DNA of 16,136 nt from Bdellovibrionota bacterium FG-1 (GTDB lineage Bacteria > Bdellovibrionota > UBA1018): NCBI GenBank assembly GCA_051382295.1, contig JBBCAW010000118.1:1-16136 (forward strand). Direction: 5' to 3'. Numbering within the stretch: position 1 is the stretch's first letter; every line of letters starts with the position of its first letter. Position numbers and translations under genes: made by a program. Below are positions 1 through 7,294 of the stretch, one piece after another. The notes under the pieces were generated by a model. It searched no databases, was not told where the DNA came from, and saw nothing but the letters and a program-made list of their open reading frames with translations.

Positions 1-12
1 TCTCATGTGCAT

Positions 13-65
13 AAGTGGTCCATATTAGCTGCGTAGAAGTGGTCCATTTTTATTGAGAAGCGACA
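13..65 (-). mobile_element. IS21-family-like terminal inverted repeat (IS end; element body would lie left of the window)
   Basis: The minus strand reads TGTCGCTTCTCAATAAAAATGGACCACTT..., i.e. a 5'-TG terminus at 65. An internal repeat AAGTGGTCCAT occurs at 13-23 and 37-47 (24-bp period). This matches the TG...CA ends with reiterated IstA sites known for the IS21 family. No transposase lies in the window. Confidence 0.65.
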
Positions 66-74
66 GCTGCGAAT

Positions 75-127
75 CGCGGGTACAATTTATCCGAGCAGAA
101 GGGGTACATTTTAAGTGAGCAGCGACG
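75..127 (-). mobile_element. Second, diverged IS21-like end in the same orientation (probable relic; terminal CA is CG)
   Basis: 97-127 matches 35-65 at 25/31 nt (62-bp offset). GGGTACA at 78-84 and 102-108 again has a 24-bp period. Confidence 0.55.
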
Positions 128-283
128 GTCTCAAAAGAAGAGGATTTGGGTACAAGAATATGACCTATTTTAAGCTCAAAATCATGCGGGTTTGCGGGTA
201 CCTAAACAGCCGGTTTATCCACTCAATGATTCCGGCTACATGCACTTAAATGAGGGAGAGCCCCTAATTAGACCATGTGCGTC

Positions 284-305
284 AAATGAGCAAGTGAACT
301 CATTT
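284..305. promoter_or_regulatory. Inverted repeat AAATGAG-N8-CTCATTT, candidate transcription-factor site
   Basis: Perfect 7-8-7 dyad in the intergenic region. Extra half-sites AAATGAG at 248-254 and AACTCAT at 312-318. Confidence 0.35.
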
Positions 306-344
306 CCTGTAAACTCATCAACAAATACACCTACTTACAGGTTT

Positions 345-375
345 GCTTGCGCAAGCCCTCTGCCTCCCCTACTCT
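345..375 (+). promoter_or_regulatory. Sigma70-type promoter of the protease cassette (-35 TTGCGC 347-352, 17 bp, -10 TACTCT 370-375), overlapped by the palindrome GCTTGCGCAAGC (345-356)
   Basis: Canonical 17-bp spacing; the -10 lies 8 nt before ATG 384; perfect 12-bp palindrome over the -35. Confidence 0.5.
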
Positions 376-383
376 ATTCACTG

Positions 384-1382
384 ATGGGTTCTGTGCGATT
401 TCTTTCACTTCTTGCTCTTCTCGTCTCTGTGAACGGGTCGGCAGACACTGTCGCGGATTACACGAAGGCCGCGAGCTCACCCACGATTCCAATCGAAGAC
501 TTCCTACGCGAAGCTCAAAATGCAGGGAAGGCACCGAATGGTTGCTCAAACCCGGTTGACAGCAATTACCGAGACACAGACTTTGTCTTGGCTAAAGGGG
601 AATGGGATCGAGACCTTGGATGTCATCCTTTTAGCGTCGCTAAACTTTGCGAACAGGCCAATCAGCAGTGCAGGTATAAGGCCTGCTGGACTTTCGATGA
701 TTCTGACCAAAAACGCCGATTTGCCTCGCCGGAACTTCGCAAACAGATTTTTAGCTTTGCCAAAGCCCGTTTCGAAAAATACCTGGGCGAAAAGTCCATG
801 CAACAGATGTGTTGCGCCGGTAACGAAGCCTGCGTCGATCGCTTCAAAAGCACCCGCCTCTTGATTTTAAAGGGACTGCCCACATCCGATTATCACGGCC
901 TTTATAGCAGGCTAAAACACGCGGTGACCTCCTCGGAGGCTCGGCTATTGAATTGCATGAACCGCCAATGCATTGAACGATTTTTTTTACATGAGCTCGG
1001 ACATGCTTGCCAAGATAGCCGTCACAATGCGATTGATCGATACCTATTGGGAACAAAGGTGTGTACTTTTTTGCCCGAAATCTCCCTTCCAGACCTTGAA
1101 TCTTTTGGCCCTACTGGCCCGTGTCTACGCGAGGAACTTAAAAAAGAGGCAGATAAAAGAATAAGCGAAAAACGTCCGACTTGTTATGGCAATTGGCTCA
1201 GAGAGGCCTTCGCGGACATAGTCTTTTCGTTTAAACGCACTGACATCACCCAATGGTCTTGGAACTGCAGTGAATACCAGGGAACAGACGAACTTCACGG
1301 GCCGAACGACCTCATCATGAAATGCATCTTCGAACGAACCGAACCCAAAGCCCATTTTTGCCCGGAAACAGGACACCCATGA
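384..1382 (+). CDS. Secreted Cys-rich gluzincin-like zinc metalloprotease candidate, paralog A (~332 aa; GTG at 393 is an alternative start)
   Basis: Signal peptide (VRFLSLLALLVSVNGSA|D), HELGH at 990-1004, WLREAFAD (ExxxD at 1203-1217), C-terminal DELHGP, 17 Cys. Full-length homology to 1878..2864 begins at 393, so the ORF-track start at 192 is too long. Confidence 0.8.
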   Translation: MGSVRFLSLLALLVSVNGSADTVADYTKAASSPTIPIEDFLREAQNAGKAPNGCSNPVDSNYRDTDFVLAKGEWDRDLGCHPFSVAKLCEQANQQCRYKACWTFDDSDQKRRFASPELRKQIFSFAKARFEKYLGEKSMQQMCCAGNEACVDRFKSTRLLILKGLPTSDYHGLYSRLKHAVTSSEARLLNCMNRQCIERFFLHELGHACQDSRHNAIDRYLLGTKVCTFLPEISLPDLESFGPTGPCLREELKKEADKRISEKRPTCYGNWLREAFADIVFSFKRTDITQWSWNCSEYQGTDELHGPNDLIMKCIFERTEPKAHFCPETGHP

Positions 1383-1855
1383 TTATTTTACTTCTCATGA
1401 ACTTGACCTTTCTGAATCCAACATCGACCTGGGCCACCCCAAAAACCCAGCCCGATCTCGTCCTCCATGCTCGAACGTTGGATCTCGAAATCTGGCGAGC
1501 CACAGTTACGCTCGAAAACAAGAAATCTTGCGTGCTTCACTGGGTTTATCCGGGTAAAAAGCTCGATCGAACCGAGAAACTCCCCGCCGACGATTGCCAA
1601 ACCATCCAGAAACTTCTACCGAGTGCACGGCAAGACCTCCTCAAACCCGGAAAACCCCAAGCAGTCGCTGATTTGCCCAACTACGATCTTGAAAGCGGCG
1701 GACACCAAGCCCCCGTTGCATTTCAAGCCCCCGAAGAATGCGAGATTCAACCGTCAGGTACTCTGAAGTGCACCCAGATTCAGCGGACTTCGGCTGAACA
1801 ATTGGTATTTCAACTTCTTGCGATCGTGGAACGACTCAACCTCGACCGAAAATAG
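1379..1855 (+). CDS. Small secreted hypothetical protein (158 aa, 4 Cys), possible protease partner or inhibitor
   Basis: ATGA overlap with the upstream stop, AGGA SD upstream, signal peptide MIILLLMNLTFLNPTSTWA|T, four Cys. No recognisable domain. Confidence 0.7.
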   Translation: MIILLLMNLTFLNPTSTWATPKTQPDLVLHARTLDLEIWRATVTLENKKSCVLHWVYPGKKLDRTEKLPADDCQTIQKLLPSARQDLLKPGKPQAVADLPNYDLESGGHQAPVAFQAPEECEIQPSGTLKCTQIQRTSAEQLVFQLLAIVERLNLDRK

Positions 1856-1877
1856 ATTTTCCTAACCGGGAGGCGCC

Positions 1878-2864
1878 TTGCGAGCCCTTTTATTTCTTCT
1901 CTCTCTTCTCATTCCAATAGCGACCCGGGCCGAATCCGCCGCTGATTACGACCGCGCCGCAAGGGCACCTGTCCTTTCGCTTGAGGCCGTCCTCGATGAG
2001 GCAAAAAAAGCCGGCGAAACCCCCGATGGGTGCAGTGTTTACGGCGACATTTATAGCAAAGATTACTATACTCAAGCCGATTTTATCCTGAAAGAAGGCA
2101 CCTGGAATTCAAAAATCGGCTGTCATCCTTGGAGCAAAGCAAACTTGTGCAAGCAAGCACGGCACCAATGTACCGACCCTTCGTGCCTCGAATCTTCCAG
2201 TTTAATTCAGGATCGCCGCTTTAAGTCGGTTCAACTTCGCAAAAAAATATTCGGTTTTACTCAAGCCCGTTTTGAAGAACTTCGCTCAGACCCCTCCCTC
2301 CAAAGCCGGTGTTGTGCGGACAACAATGCCTGTATCGATCGGTTCAAGACTACCCAACTTTTGGTATTAAGAGGTCTTGGCAAATCCGATCTGCATTACT
2401 TTTACAACTTCGGCCGGCATGCGATCACCGCCTCCGAAGCTGCGCTTTTAAATTGCCAGAACCGGCAATGCATTGAAACGAGCTTGCTCCATGAGCTTGG
2501 CCATTCCTGCCAATCCAGCCGTCACAGTGCCAAAGACCAGGAGCTTTTGCCCAAAACAACTTGCGATGTGTTTGCCGGGCCCCCTGTTTCTGATCTTGAA
2601 ACCCTCAAGGTAACCGGAACTTGTTTACTCAATAGCCTCAAACGCAAGGCCGCCGCCCGAAAGAACAAAAAGCAGCCAACCTGCGACAACGATTGGCTTA
2701 AAGAAGCCTTTGCCGATGCGATATTTTCGTTTCAACGGACGGACGTGACCCAATGGTCATGGGACTGCAATGTAGAGGAAGACGAATTACATGGGCCAAG
2801 TGCAATGATGATAGCATGCCTACTTCAACAACCCGAGCTAAAGGCGAAATTTTGCCCAAAATAA
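1878..2864 (+). CDS. Secreted Cys-rich gluzincin-like zinc metalloprotease candidate, paralog B (328 aa)
   Basis: GGGAGG SD (1868-1873) before the TTG start, signal peptide ending ATRA|E, HELGH at 2490-2504, WLKEAFAD (E at 2703), DELHGP, 17 Cys aligning with paralog A. Confidence 0.85.
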   Translation: MRALLFLLSLLIPIATRAESAADYDRAARAPVLSLEAVLDEAKKAGETPDGCSVYGDIYSKDYYTQADFILKEGTWNSKIGCHPWSKANLCKQARHQCTDPSCLESSSLIQDRRFKSVQLRKKIFGFTQARFEELRSDPSLQSRCCADNNACIDRFKTTQLLVLRGLGKSDLHYFYNFGRHAITASEAALLNCQNRQCIETSLLHELGHSCQSSRHSAKDQELLPKTTCDVFAGPPVSDLETLKVTGTCLLNSLKRKAAARKNKKQPTCDNDWLKEAFADAIFSFQRTDVTQWSWDCNVEEDELHGPSAMMIACLLQQPELKAKFCPK

Positions 2865-2876
2865 GGGACTCCATGC

Positions 2877-3428
2877 TTAATGCCCACGAATCTCGGTCAC
2901 AAGGGCATTATAAAGCAGCATCATATCATTATTGGTTTTGCGCAGGCGTCCCATCACCACGCGACAAATTTTAAGCAAAATAGGCAAAGCCCAGTCAGGA
3001 TAAGTTTTGGCAAAGCTCACAAAATTTTGGCTATTCAAAACAAGACAAACACAATGCCCTTCCGCCTGGATGGAAGCCGAGCGAGCATCAGAATCCAGCA
3101 AACCCCCTTCACCAAAGAAGGCGTGTTTTTCTCCCGAAAGAATGACGACTTTATACATATCCCCTTCACCGGTCATTTTATACACACCGGCTTGGCCCTG
3201 AATCAATAAAAAGAGTTCTGACCCCAATTCGCCCTCTTTGATAATAAATTGATCCCGCTCAAACGTACGCACTTCCATCCGGCGCGCCAAATCTTCAAGC
3301 GCACCCGGAATCGCGCGAATATCCTCAAAAAGACTGACATCATTCAGATAAGCAATGCGATCCTCGGCACGCTGCAAGCGCGCGGCATCGCTCTTGGTAT
3401 CATGCAACAGCTTGTTGGCCAGTGACAT
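2877..3428 (-). CDS. Stand-alone cyclic-nucleotide-binding domain protein (183 aa, no Crp HTH)
   Basis: IIKEGELGSELFLLIQG beta-roll and phosphate-binding cassette FFGEGGLLDSDARSASIQA. GGAGAGG SD precedes ATG 3428. The protein ends after the C-helix. Confidence 0.9.
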   Translation of the reverse strand: MSLANKLLHDTKSDAARLQRAEDRIAYLNDVSLFEDIRAIPGALEDLARRMEVRTFERDQFIIKEGELGSELFLLIQGQAGVYKMTGEGDMYKVVILSGEKHAFFGEGGLLDSDARSASIQAEGHCVCLVLNSQNFVSFAKTYPDWALPILLKICRVVMGRLRKTNNDMMLLYNALVTEIRGH

Positions 3429-4665
3429 GCGAAGGATCCTCTCCCGCCAAATTTCGAGTCTCAATAACGATCGCCATCGCGCCCTCATGAATAATATAGG
3501 CAAGGTCCGGATTAAAAATCGGGAAATTACACTTCATCTCTTTCACGGCTCGCAGATTCTGCACCAGCTTCCCCATATCGGGAGTTTTTTGCGCCTGCCG
3601 AAGCGCCAGTTCCTTAATTCGGTGACTATTTCCCGTATTTTCTAAAATTCCAAAAACCACGACCTTTGGGTTTTTGATTTCAAGGTCCTTTTTGAACTCA
3701 CCATAAGATTTACCGAAATACTGAGCGTCAATACCATGAGTGGTGAGTAGCGTAGGCGTCTTTGGATCCAACAAATCAAAAATAACGTTTGAGATTCCCG
3801 TGCCCCCTGAGGCATTCCCCAAAAGGAGGCGATTGTATTCACGAGAATAGATAATTTCATTCACGTTCGCGATCTTGAGATACTGGTCCATTTTGGCATC
3901 TAGAATTTCGGCCGCAACCAAAGTGCTTCGAGCGATGCTCGATAGCGTCATCGCCGTCATAATAGTTCGCGCATCCACCTCAGTCACACTTGGGATTTGA
4001 CCGTTGGGCTGAGGAGTGCGGTCAGCTAAAATCAAAACTTTTCGCGCCCGCTCCGGCGCCGCACGTTTGAGCGTGGCGGCCTGAAAATAATCTCCCACCA
4101 CGATCTGAAGTTTTTCGAGCCGCGGAAATTCATGCAGGTTAATCACTTCGGTGGGTGGCAAATTTGCCACTAAAACGATATTGGAAGCATCGGTCCCACG
4201 ATTAAAATCTAAAATATGGACCAAAAGCTCGTGTATATCGTCCTTCCAACCGCAAACAATAAAATGATCTTTGAGACGTGCCGTATCCACAATTCCTCTC
4301 CCTTCACGCAAAGCCTGTTCAAGGAAGATCGAAGAGATCTTCGAAGTCAAAATGGCCACCGCTAAAACCCCGGCCAACATCAAAAACCCAGCCCACACTC
4401 TTCCCATGTTGGTGACGGGATACTTGTCGCCATACCCTACGGTCAAAAAGGTGACGATTCCCCACCACACCGAGTCTGAAAAAGACGTGATATTTGCGCC
4501 CTGGGCTTTGTATTCGTACTGATAGACCACCCAAGAAGTCACAAGCCACACCGTGGTCAGGCCGACCACCACCGATGCGATCAAGTGACTGAGTATGAAT
4601 TCCTTGAACTTTTTCGCAAATTGATTTCCTTCAGGGGGACTATTAGGTGTGAGGTCTTTACTCAT
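3400..4665 (-). CDS. 2-TM potassium channel (KcsA/MthK-like) with C-terminal RCK/TrkA-N region (~421 aa)
   Basis: TM1 - SFSDSVWWGIVTFLTVGYGDKYP (pore helix and TVGYG filter) - TM2, then HFIVCGW...VVGDYFQAATLKRA...KVLILAD (RCK). Start moved to ATG 4665 to avoid overlap with the divergent gene. Confidence 0.93.
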   Translation of the reverse strand: MSKDLTPNSPPEGNQFAKKFKEFILSHLIASVVVGLTTVWLVTSWVVYQYEYKAQGANITSFSDSVWWGIVTFLTVGYGDKYPVTNMGRVWAGFLMLAGVLAVAILTSKISSIFLEQALREGRGIVDTARLKDHFIVCGWKDDIHELLVHILDFNRGTDASNIVLVANLPPTEVINLHEFPRLEKLQIVVGDYFQAATLKRAAPERARKVLILADRTPQPNGQIPSVTEVDARTIMTAMTLSSIARSTLVAAEILDAKMDQYLKIANVNEIIYSREYNRLLLGNASGGTGISNVIFDLLDPKTPTLLTTHGIDAQYFGKSYGEFKKDLEIKNPKVVVFGILENTGNSHRIKELALRQAQKTPDMGKLVQNLRAVKEMKCNFPIFNPDLAYIIHEGAMAIVIETRNLAGEDPSHVTGQQAVA

Positions 4666-4732
4666 GACACTTTCTTTTCGACCACAAAACGCCTGGGCTT
4701 GAGTGGATTTCTCTGATAGCACCGAAAGCATT

Positions 4733-5935
4733 ATGCCCTTTACTCAAAAGACCCGGCCCCGTCGGCTTTTTGCCGCTGCATTGGGGCTGATGATGTACCA
4801 GCTCGTGGTTTTTCTCTCCGTCACCGGTGGCAAACTTCGCGAACTGGTGCACTGGGATGCCGCCTGGTACCGCGATATTGCGATCTTCGGTTATTCCGTC
4901 ACTTATCCGCTCCAACACAAAGCCACGGGAGGCTCGAATATCGGATTTTTTCCCGCCTTTCCGATTTGGGCCAGAACGGTCATTCAAACATTCAACATCG
5001 ATCCCAACCTCGGTGTTGCTTTGGCGGCCCAAGTAGCCTGCGTGGTCCTCTGGCTTTATTTTATTTTGTATCTCAGGAAACTCGGGGTGCGTCCCGCAGT
5101 GATTCTCGCCAGTTGTTTTCTTTTTTTGATTCAACCGGGGGCCTTTTATACGATCATTGGTTACTCTGAGTCATTATTCATAGCTTCTATCCTCGGCTTT
5201 ATCTATTGGAGCACCCGAATGCTCGAGGAACCCAAAAACAAGATCCGCCACGCAATGCTTGCCGTCCTTCATGGCGGAATCATGTCGAGTACTCGTCTGG
5301 TGGGAGTAGTCTTGGTTTGCTACCCACTTCTCCTTGAGGCGGCAAGAGCGCTCGACACCCGCGAAAAGCGATCATGGGAACTGTCCTTCAGTACTTCACT
5401 GCTGAGCCTCTGGGGGTTCTTGGGATTTCTAGTTTACTGCCAGCTCCAGTGGGGGCATTGGGACGTTCACTGGGAGGCCACCCGAATTGGCTGGGGAGTT
5501 AAGCTTGAGCCTTGGAAAATCTATCAGTGGTCTTTTTACCGAGATGTTTTCTTTTTTGGAAACCTCTCAGAAGTTCTCGGCAGGCTCATCACGGTAGCGA
5601 CCCTCATCGCCTCGATTGCCTTGGGCCGCTTTGCCTGGCTGCAACGAAAACTCAGAGCCGCCCCTCTAGCCCTCGCGGCTCTTCACTTTGGTTTCCTTTA
5701 CGAAAGCATCATTGGAAGCCATGGCATGCATTCCATGGTCAGGTATTTAGTTCCCATTCATGCCCTCACCCTCCCGCTCCTTGCAGTGTGGATCGAGGAC
5801 CGCCTCAAACGCCCATCCGAAAAACCCTGGCCAACGATCGGGGTTTGGGCTGCCGTTTTGAGTTTAGCCGGATTTTTCTTGGCGATTCAAATCCTCTTTG
5901 CCATTCGCTACGGCCGAAATGACTGGGTTTCGTAA
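4733..5935 (+). CDS. GT-C membrane glycosyltransferase, PIG-V/GPI mannosyltransferase II-like (~400 aa)
   Basis: WDAAWYRDIAIFGY, GFFPAFP, YSESLF and TRLVG motifs typical of PIG-V-like GT-C enzymes; many TM segments. Confidence 0.85.
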   Translation: MPFTQKTRPRRLFAAALGLMMYQLVVFLSVTGGKLRELVHWDAAWYRDIAIFGYSVTYPLQHKATGGSNIGFFPAFPIWARTVIQTFNIDPNLGVALAAQVACVVLWLYFILYLRKLGVRPAVILASCFLFLIQPGAFYTIIGYSESLFIASILGFIYWSTRMLEEPKNKIRHAMLAVLHGGIMSSTRLVGVVLVCYPLLLEAARALDTREKRSWELSFSTSLLSLWGFLGFLVYCQLQWGHWDVHWEATRIGWGVKLEPWKIYQWSFYRDVFFFGNLSEVLGRLITVATLIASIALGRFAWLQRKLRAAPLALAALHFGFLYESIIGSHGMHSMVRYLVPIHALTLPLLAVWIEDRLKRPSEKPWPTIGVWAAVLSLAGFFLAIQILFAIRYGRNDWVS

Positions 5936-5952
5936 GCGAAAACTCACGAATA

Positions 5953-6927
5953 CTAGAGATCAAACACCATACCTTCATAGGCAAAAGCCCAGTCCACAAG
6001 CTTGATGTCGATTCCTGATCGATGAGCACTCTTGAGCTGACTTTCATAATAGCGACGAGCCTGGGATTCAGCTGCAGCGATCTTTTCCATCGAGGATGCC
6101 GGATCATGATGCATAAAAATCACCTTCTTGATCCCTTCACGCATCGCAATATCTAAACCCAAAGACGCCGCCGCATGGCCCCAGTTCACTTTTTCAATGG
6201 TCTCCATGAGAGTATACTGTGCGTCAAAAATCATCAAATCGACTCCCTGATAGAGGGGTAAATCCGGCCCGAGCTCTTGAGCAGTCACTCGTAAACACTC
6301 CGTATCGACGCAGTGCGAAAAGACCTTTCCGCCGCTCTCAAATTTGTAACCCCAGCAGGGATCTGGATGATCCAATTCGTAAGGAGTGACGATCATATCG
6401 CCAAAGCGGACGGGCTGGCGCGGCTCCAGACGGTGGTATTCAATGGATGCGCCCAGTTTCTCTAAGGAAATCGGAAAATAGGGTTTTTTAAACACCGTTT
6501 TTAAAACATCGGAAAGCTCAGGCTGAACCGCGTAAACATGAATCTTATTTCCCGGAATAAAAATTGGGGTAAAAAATGGAAGGCCCACCAAGTGGTCCCA
6601 GTGAAAATGGGTGAAAAGAATATGAACGACCCCGGTGCCTCGCCCACAAGCTCCTTCCATGAGTTGGTAGCCCAAAGGACGAATTCCACTGCCGGCATCA
6701 AGAATCACCTGCTCGGTGCCATGAGAAACCTCTACACAGGCGGTGTTACCGCCATACCCCCCAAACCGATGCCGTGGAACTTCTTGAATAAATTTATCTA
6801 CATCAGCCGTTTGCGAATACCCTCTCTCCGTAAACTCCAGGAGAAGGTTGCGCATATGGTCTTGCAGACTGTCTGGGGCCATAGGAGCCGGCAAAGACCC
6901 CCTGGCCCCCCAAATCTTAACCCGCAT
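5953..6927 (-). CDS. MBL-fold metallo-hydrolase (RNase Z/PhnP/class II phosphodiesterase-like)
   Basis: WGARGS, YGGNTACVEV, ILDAGSG, THFHWDH (HxHxDH), HPDPCWGY, DTE, FDAQYT, WGH and HHDP motifs. Confidence 0.92.
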   Translation of the reverse strand: MRVKIWGARGSLPAPMAPDSLQDHMRNLLLEFTERGYSQTADVDKFIQEVPRHRFGGYGGNTACVEVSHGTEQVILDAGSGIRPLGYQLMEGACGRGTGVVHILFTHFHWDHLVGLPFFTPIFIPGNKIHVYAVQPELSDVLKTVFKKPYFPISLEKLGASIEYHRLEPRQPVRFGDMIVTPYELDHPDPCWGYKFESGGKVFSHCVDTECLRVTAQELGPDLPLYQGVDLMIFDAQYTLMETIEKVNWGHAAASLGLDIAMREGIKKVIFMHHDPASSMEKIAAAESQARRYYESQLKSAHRSGIDIKLVDWAFAYEGMVFDL

Positions 6928-6928
6928 T

Positions 6929-7183
6929 TTATGTTTTCGAAGCCTCTGGCGCTGGAGCGGCTTCGGTCGGAGCTACTTTCGGAGCCTTATGCTGGTGCTT
7001 ACAGCCTTTTTTTCCGCATTTTTTGGATTTGCAATCGCAATCCTTCTTGCCCTTTCCCTCTGCCTTTCCACCTGCCTGATGAGCACAATCTTTGCCATCA
7101 CAAGCCAAGGCTACGCTGACCGGAAAAGCGAGCAAAACTGAAACCAACAGGGGACCCAATTTACCCAAAAATCGATTTGTCAT
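6929..7183 (-). CDS. Small secreted Cys/His/Lys-rich low-complexity peptide (84 aa), putative metal binder
   Basis: Signal peptide ending VALA|C. Mature CDGKDCAH...DCDCKSKKCGKKGCKHQH (6 Cys, 3 His) plus a Pro/Ala tail. The stop is 1 nt before the MBL ATG. Confidence 0.8.
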   Translation of the reverse strand: MTNRFLGKLGPLLVSVLLAFPVSVALACDGKDCAHQAGGKAEGKGKKDCDCKSKKCGKKGCKHQHKAPKVAPTEAAPAPEASKT

Positions 7184-7189
7184 ACCTCA

Positions 7190-7198
7190 ATTATAGCA
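7190..7198 (-). promoter_or_regulatory. Extended -10 promoter TGcTATAAT for a leaderless transcript starting at or near ATG 7183
   Basis: Minus strand TGCTATAAT-TGAGGT-ATG: consensus extended -10 six nt before the start codon. Overlaps the dyad ATAGCA-A-TGCTAT (7193-7205). Confidence 0.65.
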
Positions 7199-7294
7199 AT
7201 GCTATGGAAATCTGAAAGCCTAGAAATCAAAATTCGATTTAGTGAATAAAACCTATTGGCAAAACACTCAGGTCGCGCTAGTAGCATTCCCACT

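Noticed and set aside
13..201. Possible CRISPR array or iterons from the repeated GGTCCA/GGTACA motifs
   Set aside because: Repeats are short, degenerate and unevenly spaced with no spacer pattern, and no cas or rep genes are present. IS21-type ends explain them better.
192..383. 64-aa N-terminal extension of the first ORF (TTG start at 192)
   Set aside because: It buries the signal peptide, has no counterpart in the paralog, and contains a well-spaced promoter ending just before ATG 384.
2877..3428. Crp/Fnr transcription factor
   Set aside because: There is no C-terminal HTH; the protein ends after the C-helix.
4658..5134. 158-aa minus-strand ORF upstream of the channel
   Set aside because: Antisense to the well-supported GT-C gene.
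6538..7119. 193-aa plus-strand ORF
   Set aside because: Antisense to the MBL hydrolase and the Cys-rich peptide genes; no recognisable features.
6929..7183. Lipoprotein call for the Cys-rich peptide (VALA-C)
   Set aside because: ALAC is only a weak lipobox, and ALA fits a signal peptidase I site equally well or better. Left unresolved.
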